DNA of 47,267 nt from Tubiluchus corallicola (GCA_030141605.1 JAQGDQ010001324.1:1-47267); one strand, 5' to 3'. Counted from the first letter of the stretch, positions 26,946 through 39,949 are shown. Numbers and translations are program-made. Notes: generated by a model not told the origin, from the sequence alone.

Positions 26946-27214
26946 AAAATAACAGCCAGCACCCACTTAAGCAAAGACCTGGTTTTTATTCAGACACAAA
27001 CATCTGTAACGTATCGCCCCGGTTAGCGTCATGTTCATACAAGAATCCACCTAAATAAAAATACAGTAAAAATTACAAATTAGACATTGTGACAAGCATT
27101 TTACATTTTTACACAATTTTTATTTAGGTGGATTGTTGCATGAACACGACATTAACTGGGTCGAAACATTGTGTCTGCCGTGTCTTTGCTTAACTAGGTG
27201 CTGACTGTTATTTT
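26946..27214. repeat. ~270-bp fold-back (inverted repeat)
   Basis: aaaataacagccagcacccacttaagcaaagac / gtctttgcttaactaggtgctgactgttatttt and aatccacctaaataaaaa / tttttatttaggtggatt. Confidence 0.9.
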
Positions 27215-28909
27215 CATTAGCCAGTGATGTAGAAAAATAAAAGCAGTTACCGAAATGTAAAAATTGATCATTAAAAGCAATTTTGGTTAGTATTCAATCC
27301 AGATGCAATATTATTAAAGGCAATTAAATTCTGTGTGCAAAGTCAGTTTTGTTTGGTTCATACACCAGCAACCCTGATTAGTGATCACCAAATAAATCTA
27401 AAAATACAAACCAAAATATCTTTTGAGAACTGTTGCCGATATGTTTACAGAGATATAGTTTGTTTATGCTTATAATATGTAAATGTTTTAACTAGAAAAT
27501 TCGATTAAATTAATCTTTTGTTTGCTTTATGCCAGTCAGCTAGACTAAAGGTTGACAGGCGAACAATGGCCACTGTGTTTACTTGTAAAATATCGTACAT
27601 AATAAAACCTTTCCTGCTGACAAAACGCAGTATATGAACAAGCTGAGCAGTTTAAATACAATCTGTAATCGCATTAAGAGATTTTGTTAAATTCTTTTGA
27701 TCAATCAGTTTGTTAAATTGTCACTGGTATTATGGTATATCAAATAGTAGACTGGATGCAGAGTTAACCGAAATATCATAAAGGTAGTTACAGTTTTAGT
27801 TACAAATAGTAAAAAGAGCTTATAGTTTTTCTAAAATTTTGCTTAAACAGCAATTGTTGCTGCTGTTATTGTTGCTATTGTTGCCACGTTGATGCTGAGT
27901 TATATCGTTTTTGCAATACGTACAAAAAACCGACTGTTTTGAAAACTCATAGGCGGATGCCCAAGTTAGACGAAGAATCTTATTCGGAAATGGAAAAACC
28001 TAGACATTTCTCGGTTAATATAAATGCTGAGTGGAAAAACTGCTTAATATAAGAGTTGTACGTCGATTAAATAGAGTCCAAATTCTAATTTCTGCCATGA
28101 GATATCACAGAATTCCTTTCACGTTTTTACTTCAAAGCTAGTGATATTAATTTCTCTTGTCAAACACTGAAGTTAAAAGTGCCAAAACCGTTACTCATAT
28201 AAGCCACATTATTGCTTAATTATCAATGATGTATGTAATATAGAGTTGTTTCTCAGTAAGCCCCTGGGCATAACGCTAGTTGGACCAGGCTCCTAATCAA
28301 CCCAGACAATACCTCACCTATATAACACAAGCACACGCTACAAGGAATGCACCTGGTATATGATTTTATATACTGTGTGCTCACGCGCAGACGTGATCAG
28401 TTTTTCAGCCGATGGCTCGAAGCTAGCGTCTAATGTGTATATATCAGCTGATTTACAACTAAAGAACGGTTCACATCTTCATTATTCATCACCGTGGCTT
28501 TGTACTTAGTATTTTGTCTCCCTATGCTTGCAACGAGTTGAGGGCCTGGCCTTTGCTGTGTCATTCAAATATTTTGGCAAAAACGCTAAATTATAGTTAA
28601 GATATACTTCTACTACTCATTGTAAACTGTTGTTCAACAACTTAAGGTTGTGAGTTGGAACACCTAGCATGGAAAAAAGTCGTAATAAGTCAGAAAAAGG
28701 AAATGTCATTACAAACGTTTCAAACGTTTGCTTTTAATTAGTTAGTTTTGCCCATAGAACTCTGCTTTACTAATTTTTTTATAATGCATAATTTTATTTA
28801 CCATAATTGTCTGCTATTAATTTAATTTTGATCTGTTTTCCTATTCAAATCTTTATTTTGTTCTAACAATATTTCCTCGCCGTGCTGAAATTACTAGACT
28901 CACTATTTA

Positions 28910-28950
28910 GGGATGGCAGACTAGATGACCTTTTGGTCATTCGCCATCCC
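28910..28950 (+). mobile_element. CR1-like LINE 3'-UTR stem-loop remnant
   Basis: gggatggc-agactagat-gaccttttggtc-attc-gccatccc, resembling the CR1 3' motif GACTAGATGACC..GGTC. Followed by AATAAA and an A/T tail near 29015. Confidence 0.55.
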
Positions 28951-29262
28951 GCCCTTCTTTAATCTTTAGAAATCAATGTTATATACTATCTATGATTGTT
29001 ATTTTGAAGGCAAAAAATAAATTATAATTAAAAAAAATTATAAACGTTGATTGAGTTATTCAGTTACATTACTTGTATGCAGAAACGTTCTGTTTGGAAG
29101 CCTGGTGTTAAGTGTAATGTTTCGATTAAGATTTAATTTGTAAATATCATAAGATCACAAAGCTTAAATACATAACACTTTAAAAATTAAAAAAACGAAA
29201 ATTACGCAGTGATTTTCCAACGACTGGAGGACATTTTAGTATTTCTCTAATCACCAAGTTAA

Positions 29263-29766
29263 AGAAAGGCCCGACGATTGTTTAGACTCAATCTCATTTT
29301 ATTTTACTGTCCAAAATATACATTTTCTTGCCTATAAAAGTTAGCAATTGTTTCTTATATTTGAATAATTAGCTTAGAAAGTTAATTAACGGCAAACGAA
29401 CACAGCTATTGCTTACGTCAGGAACTAACCGCATTTTGTGCAATGGCAGGCGTCTCCCTTGCACATCAAACACATTTGCACAAGTGTTACTGCTTTAACG
29501 CATGATGTCACGAAAATGGGCTTTACGTCATATGACGTCAGAAACTAACACTGCAATTCATGATCATTTTTATCGTGGTGCCGCCTTCTATTTATCGGCC
29601 ACGCGAATATGACAAAAAGGCGCCGTTGCAAATCTTAGTAGATTCACTGAGCCGCGCGTAGCTTTGAAATTTGAGTATCCGAGGTAATTATTATTTAACC
29701 CAAACTTTGATTCAAGAAAAGCTATTGTAGTTTTCAATATTTTAGAGCATTCTTTATTCTGAACTA
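29263..29766 (+). mobile_element. Kolobok/T2-type MITE, family B, copy 2 (right end truncated)
   Basis: TTAA|agaaaggcccgacgattg. Homologous to 6740-7253. Confidence 0.8.
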
Positions 29767-31901
29767 ATGTTTACACAATCGTCTACTTTAAAATAGATAG
29801 TAGCGGTTATGTGGTACAGCCTTGACGAACTCCGTTAAAACGTGACATGGCATAAAGCATGCAGCCATATAAGATTTCCTATAACGGTACGTATAACGGT
29901 TGTTTCTGCTATAACAATACCAGCTCAAGTCAAGCTACAAGAGTCCTACTGAGCTGGTAGAGTGACAATACAATAGCCTACTAGAAAATAATAAATTTGG
30001 AACAGAAAAGATGCGAAACGCCCCGAATTTAGGCGGCTTTAGTCGTCCATTCAGGCGGAAAATCGCTCGTGCTCGGGACGCTACATTTAAACAGCTTGAG
30101 GGTTTTGATCAAGCGATAGTCCGGGGCTCGATTTTTTTATTGTAGACAGTCGATATTGTGGAGGCTTGGGGACGCCATTATACACTGACTTCAGTTGCAT
30201 GTGATAATTGTAAATAAGTTATATATTAGTAATCTGTTGAACTCGTATAAGATAAACTAGTTTAGTATCGGTAACTGGCGTTCAAAACCATGGTAACTAG
30301 GGCAACAATGCAGTCATTGTTGTCACACGTTGGTTGCAATAGCAGTTTTTTACATTTGTAATTTTTAGCTACGCATTTTTGACATTTTTTAATATATTGT
30401 GTTATTGTAATAATTATTATATTCTAACATTTAAACCTTTGAAATGTTATATTTAAACATTTAATGGATTTCTTTTAATTTGCCATAATAATAATAATGA
30501 CAATACTATTAAAACGTAATGTATTTATCAAAATATTAATGGCAAATCAATAAATAAAAAAGCGAAAAGGATAGACATTTAGAGAAGATGTGTATTAAAA
30601 ACATTGAACAACTGAAAAAATAAACAAATCAGGTACATAAGCAAAAATCAAACAAAGAACTGACAAACAAACAAACAAACAAACAATGTTTATTTGATGA
30701 ATATTTGTTTTGGTAACATAAAATTTAAGTTGTTGTTATTAAGTAATTGTTAAGTCATGCATTTCTAGCCCTGATTGCTAAGCAAAATAGGCACGTGCTT
30801 AGGCCCTCAGGGGAAATGGGGCCTCACACAGTTTTTTCTTCAAATCGGATAATTCCCCCAACATAAAATATACCTGAATGTGTGATAGTTTGTGTGTTTA
30901 TTTTTACAATATGACAGCACGGATGGACGTTGGGATTGTGACTACTGAGAAGGCTGAGCTGCTTAGTGCCTATATAATGACTGAATACATCTATTATTCT
31001 AATATCTCTGTATTTTTAATCTATTGTCATTTTATGCAATGTAAGGCTGACGCCCAAGCATTTACACTAACTAAATCTTACTGCAAGTTTTTTCAGTTCG
31101 AAAGATAAAATTTCATTTTACACTTCAGTATCATGTTTATTCTAACTTACACATATATTGGGAATACCATAATGCTTTCAGTGCTTAGGGCGTCCTGAGA
31201 TCTCAATCCGATGACGGAATTTGGTTTCGGTACACTATACCTCCACCCTCAGCTTTGTAATGGTTTAATCCACACACGCTCGCGCGTGGCGCGCAACACA
31301 TTAAATTTGGCAGAAGGTGTTTCTATATTATTAATGATATCGTCAAATCATGCAGTCACGTGCGCAATCGACAGCATAGTCAAGGTGTTCTAATTAGCAA
31401 CAGCTAATTAACTACCGATTTCAGCTACTTTTTAAACTCATACAGGAGTAGGCCTACTGAAAAAATTTAATGTTGTTAATTTATTAAATTTAATTAAATA
31501 ATTTTTTAAAGACTGTATAAAATTACTCTAAATTTTGTATTTTTTTGTAATTTATCTGGTTTTTTGGTTTGAATTTCTTGTGTTATAGTTTTATAAAATT
31601 AATAAATCAATATATAAATTTATTAATAAATATGCTGAATAAAAATTAATTGGAATTTGATTTTTACGTTATTAGAAACGGTTAATCGTTGTTGTTTAGA
31701 AACTAACAATAAGCTGAGATAATAACAATAATCAGCAATGATTATGTATTAGCTTTCAGACGACATTAAAAATATTGGTATTTTTCAAGCAGAAAGACTG
31801 AAAATCAAAATTCAAATTTATCTTTAATGAAAATCGTATGTAGCTACTACCAGACGTTAATATGTTTGCATCTACCAACTTTGGAAAAAACAGGAAATTA
31901 A

Positions 31902-32496
31902 AGGAAAACTAGACCCAATCTTGTAGGTCAAAATAATCTAGTCTTTAAAATATTGAAAGCAAACACACTATTTAAAAAAATGGCTTACGTGAAAGAATTA
32001 TTACCACACAAATACAATTTCACGTTCGCGCCACTAGTTCTTGCTGTTACATGTATTTCGCCATTCGCTAGTTAGATGGGCACTAGCGCCTGCATTTCGG
32101 AAAACTTTGCACAAGAAAACAGGTGCTGTAGCTCTCAGTTCAGATTTGTTAATTTGTGACGAACTACACAGGTTCGACAGCTCATGTATGAGTACAGTGG
32201 TAAATTTGTATTTTTACCTTAAAACTTGCCTAGTTTTAGTACAACACGCTGAACATCTTACAGAAGCACTGTACTTAAAATTTCGCTTTCGCAAATACGT
32301 GCAACACGTTGGTAGAATATTTTTGCTGTTAAAAATTATGTTAGTTTGTGATGTTGTCAATAACTGGGCTCGTCCGCCGTTAATTAATTTATTATTTAAT
32401 TATCAGAAACGCCTTTGCAGTACTAATTGTGTTAAAATGTATACATTTACGGGACTTGAAAATGGGGCATTATATGAAAAATCATCCTGTCTTCCT
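31902..32496 (+). mobile_element. Kolobok/T2-type MITE, family A, copy 4
   Basis: TTAA|AGGAAAACTAGA ... TCCTGTCTTCCT|TTAA. Confidence 0.88.
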
Positions 32497-33798
32497 TTAA
32501 TAAAAAGACATTATGGACAAGGTGCAGCGTCATTTCCTGATTTTATAAACGTAAAATGAGCCATTTTTTCTAACTGAGATAAGATAATATTATTGTGTTA
32601 CTTTTGGATAATTATGAAAGTAGGTTAGCCGGGTCTGTGACGTCACTATTATGATTCTTGCATGAACTTTATCATGTTCTTGAAATTGTCATCTACATAA
32701 TAATTATCGTAAATAATCAATAACTTTGTTAATTATTGTTAAATTGCAATATACACTTTTTAGATAGATATTTTCGTAACTGATAAGAAATTTATCTACT
32801 TCTGGGGGGTGGGGGTGGGGGAGGGTTGACATCCCACACTTGCATGTTTCTACTTATTAACCCACCATCTGTCCTCCCGTTTTTCACACTTTTCATTCAA
32901 CCTAAAGGGAGTACAAAAAGACGCCGTCTGCTATTGTTACAGTCATTATGAGCACAGCGCTGTAGCACAAAGCTCTTAGATGACCACAGCTAATTAGGAA
33001 GGGCTTGAAAAAAGTGTTAGATTTGAGCCTCCACCCCCAAAATGAATACAGTACGAAGATGGCTTCTGGCTTCTCTTTTTGATGCTTCGCCGCCTTTTGC
33101 ATTTCCGGTAAACAAAAGGCGAGGTTATTAAATGTGGGGGAGTCAAGAGAGGATATGAAAAGTGACAAAGGGAGCTACCGGAAGTGGAAAGGATGAAGAG
33201 AGAAACTCGGAGGATGAAGAGTGTGGTGGATCGCATTTACAAAATTTCTAATGTTAAAGTATCATGAATGATTGTTGTACGAGTTCAATGTGGCATAGTA
33301 AATCATAGCCTTGAATGACATGCCATGCTATGACATCAAATATAAGTAGGTGTGACAAGGCCTTAATATTCTCTGGCGATGGTGGTGCACATGCCAGCAC
33401 CCGTAACTTAGGACTCTGAGGTGCTTTAATGCATCATCATGATATGATATAATATAGAACACTCATGTATGTACGAAATTTACATGTTTATGTATGCATG
33501 ATTCCTAGAATGCTGAGAATTACATAAATAAAGCAAATTCTTGTTTTTGTTTACTACAAAAAACTTTAATATAAAGTGTATAAAATATTGCATAGCATTT
33601 TAAATTTTCTCTCTGTATAAAAGTAATGTACAATATTTACAATATAAAAGATATAAAAGTCACGGAAATAATTAGGCCTACATTTTGTGCTGTAAACATC
33701 TGAACTTTTGCAAAGTATTAGGCCTGCAGCAATAGTCACTTGAATTAAATTAATTACAACAATCGTTCTTATCACCCTTTATCTTAAGTATCTATTTT

Positions 33799-34605
33799 TC
33801 ACAAACAGTCAAACATGAAACTGGCTTCAGGCGATGACACGTCAGACCCATAATTCTGCGTCACATACAATGACGTCACAGGGCTACGTTTGTAATAAAC
33901 GTCTCTCTCCTGACAATGATATAGTTCATTCCCATTGTTTACTGAAACGTCACAATACTGGGGAATTTGATTATAACACAGAGGTGATGACGATGGACTG
34001 TTGTACATTGTTGCGGGCGGTTGGTTGTCATGGAAACCATAATCCGGCGGGTTATAATATGACTGAGGTGTGGAAGGAGACGAACATGGCGACGGCCCAT
34101 GTGGATTTCGTGTCCAGAAGTTTCTATCGAATAGTTGTCGCCTTAGAATTGTCATGGTGTCTATGTGCATAGAGGAGCCACCAGATGGGTCTGGAAAATC
34201 AACTCCAGTAGAAAGTGTCTCAGAAAGTGCCCAGATATAGTTGTAGGCAAAGCGTAGAGTCTCAATCTTGGTTAGTTTTGTTTCTTCCGGAAACGTCGGT
34301 AGCACCTTTCTTAGATTTTCTAAAGCATCGTTCAAACCGTGCATGCGATTTCGTTCTCGGTCGTTAGCCTTTGCGCGTCGCAACTTCTTCACTCTTTTTA
34401 GGATCTCTGGGTCTTTTGGCTTTCGGTTCTTCGCTCTCCGTTTTCGACCACATTGCCTGTTTTCAGTATCTTCGTTTGGTTCTTCTTTAACTTCTGTTTC
34501 CATTTCAGAATACCTTTCAGTTACCACTTTGTCCGACGTGTCCTCGTCAGTGATGACGTCACTGTATGTTGACTGTGAGTCCTCAAAATGATTGAAATCC
34601 ATTGT
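33799..34605 (-). CDS. neurog: Neurogenin (tap-like) proneural bHLH transcription factor, exon 2
   Basis: bHLH at 34213-34380: [56 protein letters not shown]. The loop/helix 2 ([15 protein letters not shown]) is diagnostic of neurogenin. Ser-Pro-rich C-terminus. Acceptor ttgttacAG| at 34606; internal ATG at 34602. Confidence 0.95.
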   Translation of the reverse strand, partial: TMDFNHFEDSQSTYSDVITDEDTSDKVVTERYSEMETEVKEEPNEDTENRQCGRKRRAKNRKPKDPEILKRVKKLRRAKANDRERNRMHGLNDALENLRKVLPTFPEETKLTKIETLRFAYNYIWALSETLSTGVDFPDPSGGSSMHIDTMTILRRQLFDRNFWTRNPHGPSPCSSPSTPQSYYNPPDYGFHDNQPPATMYNSPSSSPLCYNQIPQYCDVSVNNGNELYHCQERDVYYKRSPVTSLYVTQNYGSDVSSPEASFMFDCL

Positions 34606-34785
34606 CTGTAACAACGAAATGCAACTTAGTTACATACATCAATTAGCAATGTCAATTATTGCAATAACAATATAAAGATATTAATTCTAATTCAATAATT
34701 TTGTCAATGCTTAAAAGATTGTTCAGAAATTTTCCTAACGGATGGCACCTGCTAATCACAAGTGGTTGTGCTGCAACTGTAACGG

Positions 34786-34846
34786 ATATGGAATGATAAT
34801 AATATTAATTATCACATATGGAATGATAATAATATTAATTATCACA
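34786..34846. repeat. Perfect 30-bp tandem duplication in the neurogenin intron
   Basis: atatggaatgataataatattaattatcac x2. Confidence 0.95.
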
Positions 34847-35044
34847 ATAACGCATACAAGAACACGTCCCTACAAACACACGGCTTTTTAAGCGTTGTTG
34901 ATTTAGAAAATGCAACAATTTAAAACATGTGTTATAATACATTATAATGTGTTAAATTTAAAATATGTCTTAGTGGGCTTTGTCATACGAAACGACAATG
35001 AACAGGCCAGGCAAGCATCTAGACATCGATTACTAAACATCCAA

Positions 35045-35106
35045 ACAGACAGACAGACAGACAAACAAACAGATAGAAAGACAGACAGATAAACAGACAG
35101 AGAGAA

Positions 35107-35147
<41 letters not shown>

Positions 35148-35360
35148 AACAGACAGAAAGACAGACAAACAGACAAACAGATAGAAAGACAGACAGATAA
35201 ACAGACAGACAGACAGAGAGAAAGACAGACAGGCACACAGACAAACAAACAGATAGAAAGACAGACAAATAGACAGACTGACAAACAGATGGACAGACAG
35301 ACAGACAGACAGATAGACAATCAGATAGACAGACTCACAGACAGACAGGCAGATAGACAA
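35045..35360. repeat. (GACA)n-type degenerate tetranucleotide repeat in the neurogenin intron
   Basis: Seen directly. Confidence 0.95.
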
Positions 35361-36873
35361 CCAATCTACTCCACTACATATATGTTGAATTAATTTAATG
35401 AATTATTAAATTCAAAAATATAAGCACCATGATCTTCCTAACTGCTTCGAGCTCTAGTAGCGTTCATATTTCCATTTCAAACGTTTCTGTTCTATGTCCA
35501 CGGCACGTATGACGAATGCCGTTATTAATTTGATACGCTCAACGCTTAACGTAATAGGTCTGATTTCTAACTCTGCGTCCTTATCTGTTACGATGCTCGC
35601 TTTACCTGCTTTGTTTGTGATGAAACATCAGCAATTTGGACAACCATAAAACTATTATGGTCGCTATCTGATGATAGGTGTGATATTCGGGCAACGCCAG
35701 GTGAAAATGCGGAAATTATCTGTTAGCACGGGGTTTTGTGTGGGCCATTCTCTTTTTTACCACACAGTCAAGGTGTAATTTGGATAGATAACGCATCGCA
35801 TTGTGTGAATTTTAAATTAATCGAACAATAGGTTATTATTCAAGTCAAGACATCATAAAAGCAGTAGGTTTTAATTTTTGCTATAACCCTTTTTGTGTAA
35901 TATTATACAATGTTGTTTTGGGGATTTTAGGCCCACTGTATTAGGAAACGAACAGACAGGCACGGGTGACGCGAGATTATTGCTGATTAAATTTCGTTAT
36001 TCGCCAGTGCTGCCTTCTGTTAAACTAAATAAGAACAAAATTTCTGAACAATGATATTTTAATCGTCAAAGCTTTTTCCATGTTTCTATAATGTTACAAA
36101 ACTACAATCATATTTATAGGTCTAAAACAATTATTTTCTTAAATAAGCTAAACTAAATTTGCAAAATGGACGCATACGCGACATGTTAGACCTGACCTAA
36201 ACTAATATCAATGGAATTGCCACCAAAGATTTTATAAGCAGCATTAACCTTAATTTGTTTGTAGTGCAAGACGATGACCTGATGTTCCTGGTTAAGACTT
36301 ACTTCAGTACAGGCTTATAGTACAGGCTTAGACAGGCGGCGCCTATCAGTCAAACGTTTAATTACAACCTAGTACTAAGTTACTTAGTAAGGAAACTAAA
36401 AAAACGCCTCTTATGCGTTTCACACAAATACCTATCTTGTACGGAATGCATGTATAATACTTGCATTAATAGACTATTATAAATAGGCACTTAATAGGTT
36501 ATTATAAATATATTATAATAGTTATATTGGCTATATATTATTGATATTCTTATCTTACTTTTAAAATGTGTCAGCAAAAAAATAGTAGACCCGTGCAAAG
36601 AATAACACGAATAAGAGTCGTAGTCAGCTAAATGAAACCCATTTATTACAAAATAAAATAACCTATTTCAAAATAAAATAGTATTACTTCGTTTTCTGTG
36701 ATTTCGCCTTACTTTTTTTGTCAGTTCTAATATATACTATGTATTAGTATATATTACGCCATATGTATTAATATGGTAAAATATATATATTAGTTTTACA
36801 GACACGTAAGCATTCACTGATTAATGCATGTCAAAAAAGCACAAAGGTTTTTACAAAAGCAATTATATCTTAC

Positions 36874-36891
36874 CTGAAATGAAGGTATCAT
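36874..36891 (-). CDS. neurog: Neurogenin putative coding exon 1 (MIPSFQ)
   Basis: ATG ATA CCT TCA TTT CAG|GTAAGA is a strong donor and joins exon 2 in frame (phase 0). There is an in-frame TGA upstream, and it sits at the edge of a GC-elevated promoter-like island. Confidence 0.7.
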
Positions 36892-37300
36892 CAAAACAGT
36901 TTGTGCTTCCACGAAAGAATTATTCTCGTGCTGAACAAGTCACCTTGTTCCAAAGCTCACTATTTGTCACCGTGTGTGTGCGTGTGTACTGACGCACGCT
37001 CAGTCGCGTGTATGACTCGTTCAGCACGCGTCAAAGCTAGTTATACATCCCTACAAAACTTCCGAGCTTCCCTCCCAGCTCGTCCGAGAAAGTACCGCCT
37101 TTTTTCCATGAATCCCGGGCCTAAAACCGTCAAAACGCGAACAAAACTGCTGCTACCGGACAACGACGGACACGCCCCCACCTTCGTGACGTCACTACCT
37201 GCGCCACCTATCGTCGAAAAGCATCTTATCAAGCGGCCTGTCAATCTTTTCTATTGTTCTGCATTACCTGGGCACCTGTACTGTTCTACCAGTCACGCTG
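36892..37300 (-). promoter_or_regulatory. Putative neurogenin 5'UTR / promoter
   Basis: CpG-rich island. Hes/Hairy-type CACGCG x2 and CACGAG, TATAAC at ~37040, Inr-like TCAGT at ~36990, CRE TGACGTCA at 37187-37194, Sox-like ATTGTT and E-box CACCTG. Confidence 0.55.
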
Positions 37301-37438
37301 CTGGTTTCATTGTATTCAAAGATGCCCTCAAGGAAGATGAGAAGTTAATTCATAAATTCAGCCGCCGTAGACAATTGAATTAACTTGCTGAGCTGGACTT
37401 TATGTCATGGAAAATGCCGGTAATACGCTTTATAAATA

Positions 37439-37453
37439 AGCGCCATCTATGTG
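37439..37453 (-). promoter_or_regulatory. Candidate CTCF site (CACATAGATGGCGCT, minus strand)
   Basis: Core AGATGGCGCT match, with an imperfect 5' part. Confidence 0.4.
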
Positions 37454-37510
37454 TCTTAGTATTCTAAAGAAATACTCTCCAAAGAAATTTACTTTGGCAT
37501 GTAGCACCAC

Positions 37511-38024
37511 TATAAAAAATCTCTGCTGTTAGGTGGTTCAAATGTTAATTGAATTAGTTTATAGATCCATTCTACAATAATAAATTTCTGTGTTTGTTTA
37601 TCTAAACACTCATTCATTTTTCCATTCTTATTCATATTCACTTATTCATTGACTCGTCTGTCTATTCAATTATGTCTTTGTATAAAAAATCTCTGCTGTT
37701 AGGTGGTTCAAATCTTAATTGAATTAGTTTATAGATCCATTCTACAATAATAAATTTCTGTGTTTGTTTATCTAAACACTCATTCATTTTTCCATTGTTA
37801 TTCATATTCACTTATTCATTGATTCGTCTGTCAATTCATTTATGTCTTTGTATAAAAAATCTCTCCTGTCAGGTGGTTCAAATGTTAATTGAATTAGTTT
37901 ATAGATCCATTTTACAATAATAAATTTCTGTGTTTGTTTATCTAAACACTGATTCATTTTTCAATTCTTATTCATATTCACTTATTCATTGATTCGTCTG
38001 TCTATTCATTCATTTCTTTGTATA
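37511..38024. repeat. Tandem repeat, 170-bp unit x 3
   Basis: Units start at 37511, 37681 and 37851 (tataaaaaatctct...). Confidence 0.96.
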
Positions 38025-39065
38025 TTTGTTAGTTAGCTAGCTGGTTTGTTCGTTCATTTGTTCTTCCATTCATTTGTTTGTGAGTTTGTATGCTTGTTTG
38101 TTCTTTTGTTCGTTTATTCGCTTGCTTGTTTGTTAATCCGTTCGTCTTCCCAGCTAATAGTACACCTGGTTGTGCACTACTATCTTGACTATTACCTTCA
38201 CTTACAAAATACCTTTATTTTGACCAAAAATAAAGTACTAAATTTAGTTAATTAATTAGTTTATAGCACATGATTTGTCACTGTTGATTTCGAGTTGTTA
38301 TACAGGTTTAAGCCGTTGTCAGACACATGCCATTGCTCGGTCCTCGTAGCGGCGTAAGTAATGTGAACACAGCTTAACTCATTTCAACAGAGCACTCATA
38401 AAATTTGGACCTTACCCCCATTCCATTCCTGTAGATACTCGAACACATTTTCTATTGAAAGACAACTGTCACTATTTACCAACAACTATGTACTCTTTAA
38501 GCCTCTCCAACAGTTTGTCTGCTTTATCCTAATTTGGGACGAGTGGCGCTTCTGGTTGCCCAGGGAAAATTCTTCAGAAAGAACTTGCAGTTCTTAGTCT
38601 TGGCTACTGCACTACAGACATGTGCCACTCTAATCTTAACCTTCTTAAATCTTGCAAGATTGGAATGTAGGTTTAGTAATCCTGATAATATCTACACTCT
38701 TCTTGAAAACTGACCTTCAAACAGGAACACACTTCAAATTGAATCGCTTAAAGTTTATTGTGATTGACTGAGTACATAGACGTATATTAATAATCCGATT
38801 TTTTATGAGATAAATAGTTTTTAAGTAGTAGATAAATTTTTGTGAGCCAACGTTGCTTTGAGAAACACAAACAGAAAAACACTGACGAACTGCAACTAGT
38901 GAAATGTGTGAATGTGAAGTTTTCTGTTCTGCCTTCTCTTATGGAGAGCAAACACGAATTTGAAATTTGCTTTCAAGTTTTAGAAACATTTATTTCAAAA
39001 GTAAAAAGAATAATTTTATTAATGTATGCTGTTCGCTTAAGATATCAAACTACAGTGTATAATTA

Positions 39066-39560
<495 letters not shown>

Positions 39561-39837
39561 ACTATACGTTTTTTCCATCTGCGCTGCTTCATTTAATATG
39601 TAAACTTCTATTCTCCCGTATTAATTATCGGTTTAGAACACAAATTGCAGCAGGATCAGATTATTCGCTTAACACTTACCTTTCAAGAGGTATATTTATT
39701 TCAAGATATACTTCAAGATATATTTCAAGATATACATAAACGATGTCGCCTACATAAAAATAACAAAATCTATAAATACTATATCTAAATCTTGTTCCGC
39801 AGACAAATGCCCACCAAAGCCATAATACAATATGCTT

Positions 39838-39949
39838 GTATATATGTATATATATGTATGTATATATATATGTATGTGTATGTATGTATGTATATATATA
39901 TCTATATATATATATACAAGCATGCTGGAGTATGCTTTTGGTGTGCACA

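Noticed and set aside
30768-31219. Possible DNA-transposon remnant (gtgcttagg motifs near both ends) and the ORF at 30878
   Set aside because: Termini and TSD could not be defined, and the ORF has no recognisable features.
33834-34591. Plus-strand ORFs 33834-34172 and 34268-34591
   Set aside because: Antisense shadows of the neurogenin CDS.
36901-37383. 160-aa plus-strand ORF over the neurogenin promoter
   Set aside because: Non-ATG start, no recognisable domain, and explained by locally higher GC.
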